Shown here one piece after another: positions 46,928 to 56,569 of a DNA stretch of 57,337 bases. The DNA lies in assembly GCA_036169915.1 (NCBI GenBank), contig JAVHOF010000037.1, positions 1-57,337 on the forward strand, in the 5' to 3' direction. Source of the stretch: Candidatus Pacearchaeota archaeon (GTDB taxonomy: Archaea > Nanobdellota > Nanobdellia > Pacearchaeales > GW2011-AR1). The stretch's first letter is position 1. The number at the start of each line of letters is the position of its first letter. The position numbers and the translations under genes are program-made. The notes below the pieces were generated by a model. The model was not told the DNA's origin. It searched no databases and was given only the letters and a program-made list of their open reading frames with translations.

Positions 46928-47173
46928 ATGAATAGAACTATAAATTCAGAAAAGGTTCAGAAAGAAGCAAAACATATTCTTGATAAATTTGCATTAGCTC
47001 TTGAAAAAGTTGAGCATGAACACGACTTAGATTTTTATGTTGAAAGAGAAGAATTTGAAAGAAAAGAAGGAAAAAGAAAAGGAAATTCCAAGGAATTTAA
47101 GGAAAAGATTCTTGAAAATGCTCCTAAACATGATAAAGACTTTATTATTGCTGAAACTGGGAGCTGGAAATGA
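46928..47173 (+). CDS. gatC: Asp/Glu-tRNA amidotransferase subunit C
   Basis: The C-terminus ILENAPKHDKDFIIAE resembles the bacterial GatC ending (..NAP...DGY..VP). The protein is small and sits in an operon with gatA. Confidence 0.65.
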   Translation: MNRTINSEKVQKEAKHILDKFALALEKVEHEHDLDFYVEREEFERKEGKRKGNSKEFKEKILENAPKHDKDFIIAETGSWK

Positions 47174-47520
47174 ACTCAGGTATTTCTAAGTCTGGTAGAA
47201 GAAGAGGAATTCAAATAAAAAAAGATAAAAAAGTTTTAACTAGGCCTTTGAGGACTTTGAAGAGAGATTTAGAATTAGGATATTTAAAACTTTCAGAATG
47301 TTTAGATAAAGGTTTAGAAGAATTAATGGGATTTGTCAGAACTGAAATGGAAAATCCTATCAAAAGCAGAGCTTTTAAAGTAAGATATAATGGATTTGAT
47401 AGATTGCTTAATCTTACAAGAGAAATATCACCAGATTTTGATTTAAGCTCTTATGAAAGAATATATGATAAAATAACAGAAAGAATATTTGGTTTTCAGC
47501 AACAAGAATCTAGTTATTAA
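47170..47520 (+). CDS. Hypothetical helical protein (paralog of 47536..47937)
   Basis: Its start overlaps the gatC stop as ATGA. It shares the motifs DL.[LM]....[ED]C[LM]...LEE..G and Y..KI..[RK]...F with the next ORF. Confidence 0.55.
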   Translation: MNSGISKSGRRRGIQIKKDKKVLTRPLRTLKRDLELGYLKLSECLDKGLEELMGFVRTEMENPIKSRAFKVRYNGFDRLLNLTREISPDFDLSSYERIYDKITERIFGFQQQESSY

Positions 47521-47535
47521 ACTTGTAGGATAAAG

Positions 47536-47937
47536 ATGAGAAGGAAAAAATTATTGTCTAAAAGTCTTGATGAAATAGAATCTGATTTAGACATGGAAGT
47601 AATTAATGCTCATGATTGTATGGCAACTGCTTTAGAAGAATTTGAAGGAAGAATTATTCAAGCGTGCAGAGTCGGACATACTCTTGTTAGAGATGCTCAA
47701 TTAAAAATAAAAGGGCTTTTTGATTATTTATCAAGACCTGAAAGTTCATTGAAACTTTCTGAAAGAGATAACACTTATTTTAGAGAAATGTATAGTAAAA
47801 TTTTAGATAAATATAATTTATTTTTAGATGAGCATGGAATTGTCAAAGGAGCAAGGGTTGGAAGATTTATTAAAGATGCCTCTTCTGGTTATTCAAAAAG
47901 TGTTGTTGAAGATCCATTCAGGAGTTTTAGAACATGA
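47536..47937 (+). CDS. Hypothetical helical protein (paralog of 47170..47520)
   Basis: ORF in the track. Its stop overlaps the start of the next gene (ATGA). Confidence 0.55.
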   Translation: MRRKKLLSKSLDEIESDLDMEVINAHDCMATALEEFEGRIIQACRVGHTLVRDAQLKIKGLFDYLSRPESSLKLSERDNTYFREMYSKILDKYNLFLDEHGIVKGARVGRFIKDASSGYSKSVVEDPFRSFRT

Positions 47938-48185
47938 AGGATATGATAAAATTAAGAAAAGAAATAAATAAAATAGATAGAGAAACAATTAGATTATTAA
48001 GAAAAAGATTTGAAATAAGCAGAAAGATTGGAGATTATAAAAAGAAAAATAATCTTAAGATAAGAGATTTAGAAAGGGAGAACAAAATAATAGGGGGAAA
48101 AATAAAAGAATCTAAATTAAATAAAATATTTGTTAAAAATTTATATAATCTTATTTTTAGAGAATCAAGGAGAATACAAAAATGA
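47934..48185 (+). CDS. AroQ-type chorismate mutase-like protein
   Basis: LRKEINKIDRETIRLLRKRFEISRKIGDYKK......D.ERE matches the CM type 2 helix pattern. The gene is 83 aa long. Confidence 0.6.
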   Translation: MKDMIKLRKEINKIDRETIRLLRKRFEISRKIGDYKKKNNLKIRDLERENKIIGGKIKESKLNKIFVKNLYNLIFRESRRIQK

Positions 48186-49519
48186 TAAAAGAAAAATTAA
48201 AATTGATAAAAGAAGGAAAATTAAGTGCAGAGCAGAATATTAGAAATCTTATTGAGAAAATAAAGAAAGAAAATTCTGAAATTAATGCTGTTTTGCATAT
48301 AAATGAAAATGCTGTTAATCAGGCTAGAGAGATTGATAAAAAAATTAAAAATAATAAATCTGGAAAATTAGCAGGATTGGGTTTTGTTGTTAAAAGCAAT
48401 ATAAATGTTTTAGGATTAATATGCAATTGCGCTTCTCGCACTTTGGAAAATTATAAATCTACTTATAATGCAAGTGTTATTGAGAAACTTTTGAAGGAAG
48501 ATGCAATTGTTCTTGGAATGGCTAATATGGATGAGTTTGCAGCAGGAGGTAGTGGTGAAAATAGCGTATTTGGAATAACTAAAAATCCTCGTGCACCTGA
48601 TAGAATTCCTGGAGGCAGCTCAAGTGGAAGTGCTGCAAGTGTTGCAGCTGGATTTTGTGATTTTGCTCTTGGAAGCGATACAGGGGGAAGCATAAGAAAT
48701 CCTGCTTCACATTGCGGAATTGTTGGAATGAAACCGAGTTATGGAGCTGTTTCAAGATATGGATTAATAGACTTATCAATGAGCTTGGATCAAATAGGTC
48801 TATTGACAAATAGTGTTGATGACTGCAAAATTATTTTTGATATAATAAAAGGAAAAGATGAAAGAGATTCTGTTACTAGAGATTTTTCTATTGAAAAAAA
48901 AGATATTAAGAAAATTTTTATTGGAATTCCTAAAATAAGGGCAAATAAGGAAATTTGGGATTTAGTGTTAGAAAGAGTTGATGAGATTTGCAAGAAGAAT
49001 AATTGGAAAAAAGAGAATTGTGAGATAAAACATATTGATTTGGGAATACAAACTTATTATCCTATTAATTATGTTGAATTTTTTTCAGGTACAAGAAAAT
49101 TCGATGGAAGAAAATATGGATTTAAAATTGAAGATGTTTGCGGAGAAGAAGTTTTAAGAAGAATTTTAGGTGGACAGGAGATATCTAAGGCAGAATTTGC
49201 AGGAAAATATTACAGAAGAGCGTTAAAAGCTAAAAGGATAATTGAAAAAGAATTTGAAAATTCTTTTAAGAAATTTGATGTTTTGATAATGCCTACTGTT
49301 CCTAGAACCCCTCATAAATTTAAAGAAAAAATAAGTGTTGAAGACATGTATAATTATGATACTCTGACTGTTTTAGCAAATCTTGCCGAAATTCCTGGAA
49401 TTTCAGTTCCTTGCGGAACAATTAAAGAACAAGGAAATGAAATTCCTATTGGTATGCAGATTCTTGCTTCTAAAGGGGATGATGATTTTTTGCTTGATGT
49501 TGCGAAGATTTTCAATTAG
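48182..49519 (+). CDS. gatA: Glutamyl-tRNA(Gln)/Asp-tRNA(Asn) amidotransferase subunit A
   Basis: The amidase signature GGSSSGSAASVAAGFCDFALGSDTGGSIRNPA is present. Confidence 0.9.
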   Translation: MIKEKLKLIKEGKLSAEQNIRNLIEKIKKENSEINAVLHINENAVNQAREIDKKIKNNKSGKLAGLGFVVKSNINVLGLICNCASRTLENYKSTYNASVIEKLLKEDAIVLGMANMDEFAAGGSGENSVFGITKNPRAPDRIPGGSSSGSAASVAAGFCDFALGSDTGGSIRNPASHCGIVGMKPSYGAVSRYGLIDLSMSLDQIGLLTNSVDDCKIIFDIIKGKDERDSVTRDFSIEKKDIKKIFIGIPKIRANKEIWDLVLERVDEICKKNNWKKENCEIKHIDLGIQTYYPINYVEFFSGTRKFDGRKYGFKIEDVCGEEVLRRILGGQEISKAEFAGKYYRRALKAKRIIEKEFENSFKKFDVLIMPTVPRTPHKFKEKISVEDMYNYDTLTVLANLAEIPGISVPCGTIKEQGNEIPIGMQILASKGDDDFLLDVAKIFN

Positions 49520-49612
49520 AACCAATGATAATTAATAATAATTGAAAATCTGAAGGAAGAATTTTTAGCTAAAAAGAATAACAATTAAATACCTTATTTA
49601 TTTTATTTTATT

Positions 49613-50449
49613 ATGTTATCTACAAATGATTTTGTCAATATTTTTTTACCTGTACTAAGTCATTGGATAATTTGGCTTATTTTCTTTGTAGTTGTTATTA
49701 TTGTTTTACTTATATATGCTTGTCCTTACTTTAAAAAACCCAAGAAAGAAATTAGCAGTTATCATGTCGGCATACCTATTGCAGGCATTATTTCATTATA
49801 TATTTTTACGAAAATGCTTGAGGGAGTTATTTATCAGGAGTCTATTCTAAAAGTTGATGCATGGGTTAATGAAATTATTTTCACTCTCTATTTTCCTTGG
49901 ATAGGTAATGTTGCACTGTTCATTACAAATTTTGGAAGTACTATTATGATATCTATACTTTTTATATTGATTTTAGCAGTATTGCTTTTTAGAAAAAGAT
50001 GGCGTTATGCAATACTTTCAACAATAGCAATTCTGGGAGCATTATTATTACAGTTAATAATCAAGAATCTTGTACATCGTACGAGACCAGAAAATTTAAT
50101 AGCTACGGATTTTAGTTTTCCCAGCGGGCATGCAATGATGGCGATAATCTTTGTTTCTTTACTTATCTACTCATTTAAGGATGATTTTAAAAACAAGATA
50201 GTAAGATATGTATTAATAATTACAGCCTCTGCTTTCTTCATTACTGTTGGAATTAGCAGGATAATAATTCATGTTCATTGGTTTAGTGATGTTATAGCAG
50301 GAATGTCTATAAGTTTTTTTTGGTTTATATGTGTGGTGCTTGTTGAAAGATTAATAACTGGTGTAGTTCCAGCAATAAAGAGTGAAACAAAGAAAGCAGA
50401 ATCAATTGTTCCTGAAAAAGTAATTTCATCAGTTGCAAAGTTAAGTTGA
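49613..50449 (+). CDS. PAP2-family membrane phosphatase
   Basis: The three PAP2 motifs are present: K...HRTRP, PSGH and SRIIIHVHWFSD. Confidence 0.8.
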   Translation: MLSTNDFVNIFLPVLSHWIIWLIFFVVVIIVLLIYACPYFKKPKKEISSYHVGIPIAGIISLYIFTKMLEGVIYQESILKVDAWVNEIIFTLYFPWIGNVALFITNFGSTIMISILFILILAVLLFRKRWRYAILSTIAILGALLLQLIIKNLVHRTRPENLIATDFSFPSGHAMMAIIFVSLLIYSFKDDFKNKIVRYVLIITASAFFITVGISRIIIHVHWFSDVIAGMSISFFWFICVVLVERLITGVVPAIKSETKKAESIVPEKVISSVAKLS

Positions 50450-50546
50450 GTTACAATTTCATATATTCTTTGAGAAATCTAAATAATCAATTGCTATTTG
50501 TTTTTATTTTACAAATGTTTTTAAACTTATTATTTTCAAGATTTGA

Positions 50547-51335
50547 ATGACATCTCAATCTATTGATGTAAGAAATCTTGAAAGAACAATTGAACGTCTT
50601 GAAAGAACAGACTTATCTAAAGAAACTCTTGATTCAATAGTAGGAAAGATTTCTGGAGTTCATGATATTTTTACATCTTTTGGAATAGGTTCTGAATCAG
50701 AATTATTTCAAAGACTTGATAAATTTACTGATGCTGCTGAAAAGTATTTTAGCCCCAGACCTGCATCTAATGGAGATATAAGAAGTTATGCAGGTGTTTC
50801 AGGCAATTATAAACTTTTTTATAATTATGTTGATACCCATGCATTTTTAGGAAGGATATATCATGAACAAGATTCTACTGGAAGAATAAAAGTTGACTGG
50901 AGATTTAATTTAGGAGGCAGAATAGAATTTGTTGATTCAAGATTATATCCTGAAGGAAAGACTTGCCATTTGATGGGATATACTGATAGAAAAAAAGAAC
51001 CTGTATTATGGGAAGAGGGTTTATTTTGGTATAATCGCAGATTACCTGGAAGGTTAGGGTTAATCGCTGGAAATTTTTTTAAAAAATCTCTTTTCAAAAG
51101 ATATTCTACTTTGCTCAGATTTGGGCATGCAACAGCAAGGCAATTGATTGAAAATCTAGAAAATGAAAATGTTTTGGATAGTTATAAAATTAGGGATGGA
51201 CAAAAACAGTTAAAAGAGTTATCTGGGGATTCAGAAGCCTTGAGAATTTTGGAAAAAGCTGCAGTTTTATATCCAAGAATAAGTGGAGATTCAGATGATT
51301 ATTTTGTTGTTGAATATAGAAATTTTAGTGGATAA
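50547..51335 (+). CDS. Hypothetical protein (orphan, 262 aa)
   Basis: ORF in the track. Confidence 0.5.
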   Translation: MTSQSIDVRNLERTIERLERTDLSKETLDSIVGKISGVHDIFTSFGIGSESELFQRLDKFTDAAEKYFSPRPASNGDIRSYAGVSGNYKLFYNYVDTHAFLGRIYHEQDSTGRIKVDWRFNLGGRIEFVDSRLYPEGKTCHLMGYTDRKKEPVLWEEGLFWYNRRLPGRLGLIAGNFFKKSLFKRYSTLLRFGHATARQLIENLENENVLDSYKIRDGQKQLKELSGDSEALRILEKAAVLYPRISGDSDDYFVVEYRNFSG

Positions 51336-51337
51336 TA

Positions 51338-51712
51338 CTAAAGAATTTCTTTAATTTTTTTTGCACAATAAACTGCTTTTTTATAGTCTCTTTTTTTCAT
51401 AGCATTGCTATAGTTTATCCATGCTTTTTCTAAATCTCTTTCTTCTCTTTTAATCTTTCTTATAACATCTCCAATCCATAAGTTAGCATCACATGAAAAT
51501 TCAAGTCTTAATCTATGTGATTGTGCAAAAGAATATAATTCTTTTAAATCCTGCTTTGTTTTATCTAAAAAATCATACATTTCTGCAACTTCTTCATCTG
51601 AATCTGGAATAGGTTCAATGCTTAATCCACGATAAGCACATAAATAATGATTTATCTGCTTCTGAATTAATCTTCTTAATTCAATTTTAACTCTTCTTTC
51701 TAGTTTTTTCAT
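51338..51712 (-). CDS. Hypothetical helical protein (orphan)
   Basis: ORF in the track. Confidence 0.45.
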   Translation of the reverse strand: MKKLERRVKIELRRLIQKQINHYLCAYRGLSIEPIPDSDEEVAEMYDFLDKTKQDLKELYSFAQSHRLRLEFSCDANLWIGDVIRKIKREERDLEKAWINYSNAMKKRDYKKAVYCAKKIKEIL

Positions 51713-51763
51713 ATAAGTTTGTTTTATAATTATCTTTAAATATATATTTATCTTTTATTTTTT

Positions 51764-52414
51764 ATGCAATATAAGAATATTGATATAAAATGGCTGGGAC
51801 ATTCAGGCTTCTTAATTAAGGCTAGTGGAATTAATGTTTTTATTGATCCCTTTAAAATATCAGATAATATTGGTGAAAAGGCAGATTTGATATTGATAAC
51901 TCATAGTCATTATGATCATTGTTCTGTTGAAGATTTAAAGAAGATTATTAAAAGAGGAACAATGGTTGTAGGGCCTGCTGACATCTTAAGCCAGACTAGA
52001 CAGATAGAAGATGTGAATTTTAAAATTACAGAGCCTGGAAAAAGCTTTGATTTTAAAGGAATAAAAATAGAATGTGTTCCTGCTTATAACACTAATAAGC
52101 CTTATCATCCAAAAGATGAATCATGGGTTGGATATATTATTGATTTTTCAGGAACAACGGTTTATCATCCAGGAGACAGTGATGTTATTCCTGAAATGAA
52201 TAATATCAGAGTTAATGCTGCAATGTTTCCTGTCAGTGGAAAGTTTGCAATGGATTATCATGAAGCAGCAACTGCGGTTGAGATTATTCATCCAGATTTA
52301 GCAATTCCAATGCATTGGGGAACAATAATCGGAACAATCAGCGATGCTGAAAACTTTGTTAGATTATGCAAGGAAAAAGGAATTAATGCTGTGGTAATGG
52401 AGAAAGAAAGCTGA
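51764..52414 (+). CDS. Metallo-beta-lactamase-fold hydrolase (UPF0173-like)
   Basis: The metal-binding motif ITHSHYDH is followed by downstream HPGD and H residues. Confidence 0.8.
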   Translation: MQYKNIDIKWLGHSGFLIKASGINVFIDPFKISDNIGEKADLILITHSHYDHCSVEDLKKIIKRGTMVVGPADILSQTRQIEDVNFKITEPGKSFDFKGIKIECVPAYNTNKPYHPKDESWVGYIIDFSGTTVYHPGDSDVIPEMNNIRVNAAMFPVSGKFAMDYHEAATAVEIIHPDLAIPMHWGTIIGTISDAENFVRLCKEKGINAVVMEKES

Positions 52415-52416
52415 TT

Positions 52417-53058
52417 TTAATGTTTTTTTAATTCTTCTCCTAATTGCTTTGGATCTTTGATATATACTAGATTTATGCCAAATTTTTTCATATATTCTTC
52501 ATCTTCTTCACTTAATTTTCCTTTTTTCAAAAAAGGAGAGTATACAAAAACTGAAAAACTATTATCTGCTCTTATTTCAGGATGAATAAATTTCCCAGCA
52601 ATACTAACTCCTTCTTTTCTTCCTTTTAGCAATTTATATAAATAAATAGCATAGTTTAATTCTCCATTAGTTCCAGGGCTTGCTCCTAAATATAAAATTG
52701 CGTCTCCTAATAATCCTTTGATTAAATCATGTTTAAACCAATTTTCAGTGTCTATAATTTCATCAAATAAAAGTTTTCCATTTATTGTTTCATTTATATA
52801 AGGCTCTAAATGTTTTATTCCAAAAGTTTTATCAGCCTGCGGAACTGTTCCAATAATTCTTTTTCCATTTTTTTGTCTGTATAATTTTGCTATTTCTAAA
52901 GATATGCCTTTATCTGGAAGAAGCTCTATTTCACATTCAGAATCAGCTAAAACTTGTGCTATTTTTTCAAGTTCTGACTCGAATTTGGCTTCTGGAATTC
53001 TTAAAATTTTATGATAATGAAATTCAATATCTCCAGGCCCGATTAATGAAATTCTCAT
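52417..53058 (-). CDS. SLOG/LOG-like Rossmann-fold protein
   Basis: There is weak resemblance to TIGR00725/LOG proteins (IIGTVPQ, LGASPGTNGEL). Confidence 0.4.
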   Translation of the reverse strand: MRISLIGPGDIEFHYHKILRIPEAKFESELEKIAQVLADSECEIELLPDKGISLEIAKLYRQKNGKRIIGTVPQADKTFGIKHLEPYINETINGKLLFDEIIDTENWFKHDLIKGLLGDAILYLGASPGTNGELNYAIYLYKLLKGRKEGVSIAGKFIHPEIRADNSFSVFVYSPFLKKGKLSEEDEEYMKKFGINLVYIKDPKQLGEELKKH

Positions 53059-53099
53059 TTTAGAGAAAAGAATATAAGGTATATAAAATTTTGTTCTTT

Positions 53100-53672
53100 A
53101 TGAAACCTCAAAATAATTTTCAACAGCAAAAACAAAAACAATTGGCAAAGTTAGACAAGTCTAATATTGGGGAATGGGATGAAAAAATAAAAGATTTATG
53201 TGATAAGATAAATAAAAAAAGGGATTATTATACAACAAGTTCTTGTTCTGGAAGAGTTGTTCTATTAAAAGCATCTGACAGGAAGATGAAAGATGCTTTT
53301 CTTTTTAGAACTCATGATAAAATAACATTTAAAGAATTAAAAAAAGTTTTGGATGACATTAAAAAGTATTATAATAGAGGGGTTGAGTTTCAGCAGACAT
53401 GCTGTATCTTGCATGTTGCATGCAAAAACATCGACGATGCTTTTGATATTGTGAAAAAAGCAAAACTTTGCGGATGGAAAAGAAGCGGAGTTATGACTAA
53501 TGGAAAAAGATGCATTGTTGAATTGCATTCAACTGAAAGCATAAGTTTTCCTATTATGGAAGATGGAAAAATTCTTGTGGATGATAATTTCTTGAAGATT
53601 GTTACTAAAAAGGCAAATAACAAGCTTGAGAGAGTATGGACAAAAATAGAAAGACTTAAAAACCTTCTATAA
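53100..53672 (+). CDS. taw3: tRNA wyosine-derivative methyltransferase Taw3/TYW3
   Basis: The TYW3 signature YYTTSSCSGRVVLL is present. Confidence 0.75.
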   Translation: MKPQNNFQQQKQKQLAKLDKSNIGEWDEKIKDLCDKINKKRDYYTTSSCSGRVVLLKASDRKMKDAFLFRTHDKITFKELKKVLDDIKKYYNRGVEFQQTCCILHVACKNIDDAFDIVKKAKLCGWKRSGVMTNGKRCIVELHSTESISFPIMEDGKILVDDNFLKIVTKKANNKLERVWTKIERLKNLL

Positions 53673-53723
53673 TTTATTCAAAAACCTCATAAACCCCTTG
53701 CATCAAAAATTTTATATATTTGT

Positions 53724-53981
53724 ATGCATTATAATAATATGGCAATTAATAGCAGATTACAAAAAACAACAATAAGATTAGAGAATTCTATTGGCGAATC
53801 TAATGGTTTAAATGGATTTCCAATCAAACGAGAGCCTGGTTTTAGATATAAAGTAGTGAGTGAAAAAGTTCATTATAGTGATGGGGATTATGTCAGAACT
53901 TGTGTAAAAAAAATTGATAAATTATCTGGACAGATAATTAGTGAAACTTATTATCATCAGCCTATTTCCTTGAATAATTAA
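53724..53981 (+). CDS. Hypothetical protein (orphan)
   Basis: ORF in the track. Confidence 0.4.
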   Translation: MHYNNMAINSRLQKTTIRLENSIGESNGLNGFPIKREPGFRYKVVSEKVHYSDGDYVRTCVKKIDKLSGQIISETYYHQPISLNN

Positions 53982-54266
53982 AATTATTTAATTTTTTTCT
54001 TAATAACTCTGATATTTTCATTAAACTATATACTTCATAACATATTTTTGTAAAAGGCAAATATTTTTAAAGAATAAATTATAGAATAAATTAATAATAA
54101 TCAATTTTAATCTCTGACAAGATTAAAATCGATTTTTAAAAAAGGTGAATATAATATTTTTCTTGGTCATAATTATATTTCTTATTAATGTAGAGAAGAA
54201 TAGATATTTAAACCTTATGGTGTTCTTCAAAACAAAAAATAATGGTTTGAAAGGAGGGACAAAAAG

Positions 54267-55361
54267 ATGGTATTAGATTTTGCAAAAGAAGCAATTGACA
54301 ATCTTGATACGCATAGTATCAACTTTGATGATTTGAAAGCTGGCAAGGCCAATATAAAAGTTTTTGGAGTTGGTGGGGCTGGCTGCAATGCCATAACTTG
54401 GTTATTTAACAAGGGAATTAATGGCGCAACAGTATATGGAGCAAATACAGATGCTTTACACTTGAGCATAACAAAAGCAGATGATAAAATCCTTATTGGT
54501 AAAGACCTTACAAGAGGATTGGGTGCTGGTGGAAAAGCAGAAGTAGGAAGAGAAGCTGCTAAGGAATCTATTTCAGAGCTTAAAAAAGCAACATCTGGAG
54601 CTGATATGATTTTTATCATTGGTGGCGAGGGTGGAGGAACTGGAACAGGTGCTATGCCAGTACTTGCTCAGATTTCAAAAGAAACTGGAGCTGTTGTAAT
54701 TGGAGTTGTAACAATGCCATTTGAATGTGAAAAAGCAAGAATCGACAAAGCTGAATTTGGTTTGCAAGAATTAAGAGAGTATGTTGATACTGTTATTGTA
54801 ATTGACAATAATAGACTTGTGGATATTGCTGGACAATTACCTATTCAACAAGCATTTGCAGTTGCTAATGAGTTAATGAGTACTATGATAAAAGGAATTG
54901 TAGAGACAATTACTTTACCAAGCTTAATCAACCTTGATTATGCAGATGTATCTGCTATTATGAAAAAGGGTGAGGTAGCTGTTATTGGAATTGGAGAATC
55001 TGACTCAAGTGATAGGATTAATGAATCTGTTAGGCAGGCTTTGACACATCCATTGTTAGACGTGGATTACAAAGGTGCAAATGGAGCATTGATTCACATT
55101 ACTTGTGGTCCAGATATGAAATTGGAGGAGTTTAGCCAGATTGGAAAACTTGTTACAGAAAACATTGCTCCAGAAGCTCAGGTTATAATTGGTGCAAGAA
55201 TTAACAAAGACTTTGAAGGAAGAGTCAGAGTTATCACAATTATGACAGGAGTATCAAGCCCTTATATCTTAGGAAGACAAAAATACAAAGAATATGATTC
55301 AAGACCTGCTGTTAATGAATTCTCAGATTTGGGAATAGAAATTGTAAGAGATAGGTGGTAA
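54267..55361 (+). CDS. ftsZ: Cell division protein FtsZ
   Basis: The motifs are GVGGAGCNAI and the tubulin signature GGEGGGTGTGAMPV. GGAGGG lies about 10 nt upstream of the ATG. Confidence 0.95.
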   Translation: MVLDFAKEAIDNLDTHSINFDDLKAGKANIKVFGVGGAGCNAITWLFNKGINGATVYGANTDALHLSITKADDKILIGKDLTRGLGAGGKAEVGREAAKESISELKKATSGADMIFIIGGEGGGTGTGAMPVLAQISKETGAVVIGVVTMPFECEKARIDKAEFGLQELREYVDTVIVIDNNRLVDIAGQLPIQQAFAVANELMSTMIKGIVETITLPSLINLDYADVSAIMKKGEVAVIGIGESDSSDRINESVRQALTHPLLDVDYKGANGALIHITCGPDMKLEEFSQIGKLVTENIAPEAQVIIGARINKDFEGRVRVITIMTGVSSPYILGRQKYKEYDSRPAVNEFSDLGIEIVRDRW

Positions 55362-55394
55362 AATCATATATTTGATTATAAATTTTTTTATTTA

Positions 55395-55425
55395 CCTGCC
55401 ATTAATTTTTCGGCAGGATTTTTTT
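55395..55425. terminator. Hairpin plus T-run between the convergent ftsZ and 55424..55882 genes
   Basis: CCTGCC-ATTAATTTTTC-GGCAGG is followed by ATTTTTTT. Confidence 0.4.
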
Positions 55426-55618
55426 AATTATATCTATTAGTCCTTAAATTTATTCCTAGAATAAATCTTTCTGGCATTTGATAAACTACTCCATTATCAA
55501 ACATACCTTCTCCATAAACCTTATGAATTTCTGCAACAGCTTGCAATAGATTGTCATAATTTTCTCCTTTTAAAACAAGGCTTTTAGCTCTTGCAACTCT
55601 TCCTTTTTTAGTTAAATC

Positions 55619-55882
55619 TCAAACTTTCCAAACTTTAAATTTATCCTGTAAAAGAGTTTGATGTCCAATTAATTTTTCATATGAATCTTCTGGAAATTTA
55701 GAAACATGGAACTCTAATTCACATCCAAATTTTTCTGCTATTTCTTTAACATTAACTTTGCCATTATTTTGGCCATATTCTGCATTCAGTCTAAAATTTT
55801 TAGAAACAATATCATATGCAATTACTTCTATTCTTCCTTGGCTTTGAGGTTCAAAATCCGGAACTTGATTTGTTGATGACAT
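55619..55882 (-). CDS. Hypothetical protein; the frame continues past an in-frame TGA to 55424
   Basis: ORF in the track. My own translation after the TGA continues with protein-like sequence, DLTKKGRVARAKSLVLKGENYDNLLQAVAEIHKVYGEGMFDNGVVYQMPERFILGINLRTNRYN*. Confidence 0.5.
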   Translation of the reverse strand: MSSTNQVPDFEPQSQGRIEVIAYDIVSKNFRLNAEYGQNNGKVNVKEIAEKFGCELEFHVSKFPEDSYEKLIGHQTLLQDKFKVWKV

Positions 55883-55970
55883 TTTATTTTTTAATTAAAT
55901 TTACCTGAAAATAAATTTAAACAAGGTTTAAAAGAATTGTTATTATAAAGTGTATATTTGAATAAGTATA

Positions 55971-56531
55971 TTAGTCACTCATTTTTGGAAATGGCTTTCT
56001 GAATTTGTTTTTCCATGTTTCAAAAAATATTCTGTTATCTATATTTGTCTTTTTTCTCTGGACTGTTGCATCTCCTTTTAATTGATAACCTATTGGAAGA
56101 ATTGCTTCAATCTCTGCACTTTCAGATATATTCAGCAAATCTTTTATTTCTGAGTCTGTATATGCTCCTATCCAGCAGGAAGCAAGACCTAAATTAGTTA
56201 TATTTAAAAGAAAATTTTCAATTGATGCTCCTGCATGCTGTTTAATATATTTAACTGCTCTTTTATCATACATAATATTAACTTCTTTTAATTCAGAGCA
56301 TACAACTACAAGTATAGAAGCTTTTTTTATAAAATCCTGCTGGCATGCTTCTGCTATTTCATTTATTTTTTTTGAATCTTCAACTATTATGAATTTTAAT
56401 ATTGGCAAATTTCCTGGAGAAGGCGCAAGATTCGCAATATCAATACAATTTATGACCTCTTCTATTCTTGGTTTTTTATCAGAATATTTTCTTATTGAGG
56501 CTCTTTTTCTGATTAATTTATCAAAATCCAT
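55971..56531 (-). CDS. Nitroreductase-family protein
   Basis: The N-terminal pattern RASIRKYSDKKP.......I......APS.GN is typical of nitroreductases. Confidence 0.8.
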   Translation of the reverse strand: MDFDKLIRKRASIRKYSDKKPRIEEVINCIDIANLAPSPGNLPILKFIIVEDSKKINEIAEACQQDFIKKASILVVVCSELKEVNIMYDKRAVKYIKQHAGASIENFLLNITNLGLASCWIGAYTDSEIKDLLNISESAEIEAILPIGYQLKGDATVQRKKTNIDNRIFFETWKNKFRKPFPKMSD

Positions 56532-56569
56532 GTTATTAACAGATAATTCCTATATAAAAGTGTTTTGCT

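Noticed and set aside
54227-54619. A 130-aa minus-strand ORF overlapping the 5' part of ftsZ
   Set aside because: It is antisense to an unmistakable FtsZ coding sequence and has an A/P/S/L-rich shadow composition. The same reasoning applies to the other antisense or alternative-frame ORFs at 6118, 10715, 11904, 12333, 14378, 16214, 16524, 16586, 23429, 23991, 24286, 25607, 27401, 27456, 27680, 28244, 28551, 30759, 32749-34434, 35047, 36522, 38467, 40707, 41234, 41573, 42059, 43610, 46015, 46521, 48463-48993, 50861, 53337, 53390, 56015 and 56389.
55619-55621. Genome-wide reassignment of TGA as a sense codon (alternative genetic code)
   Set aside because: Several well-supported genes in the window terminate at TGA with proper ends, for example the ATGA-coupled junctions in the gatC...gatA operon and the AbrB-like ORF. 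Standard code 11 fits the window.
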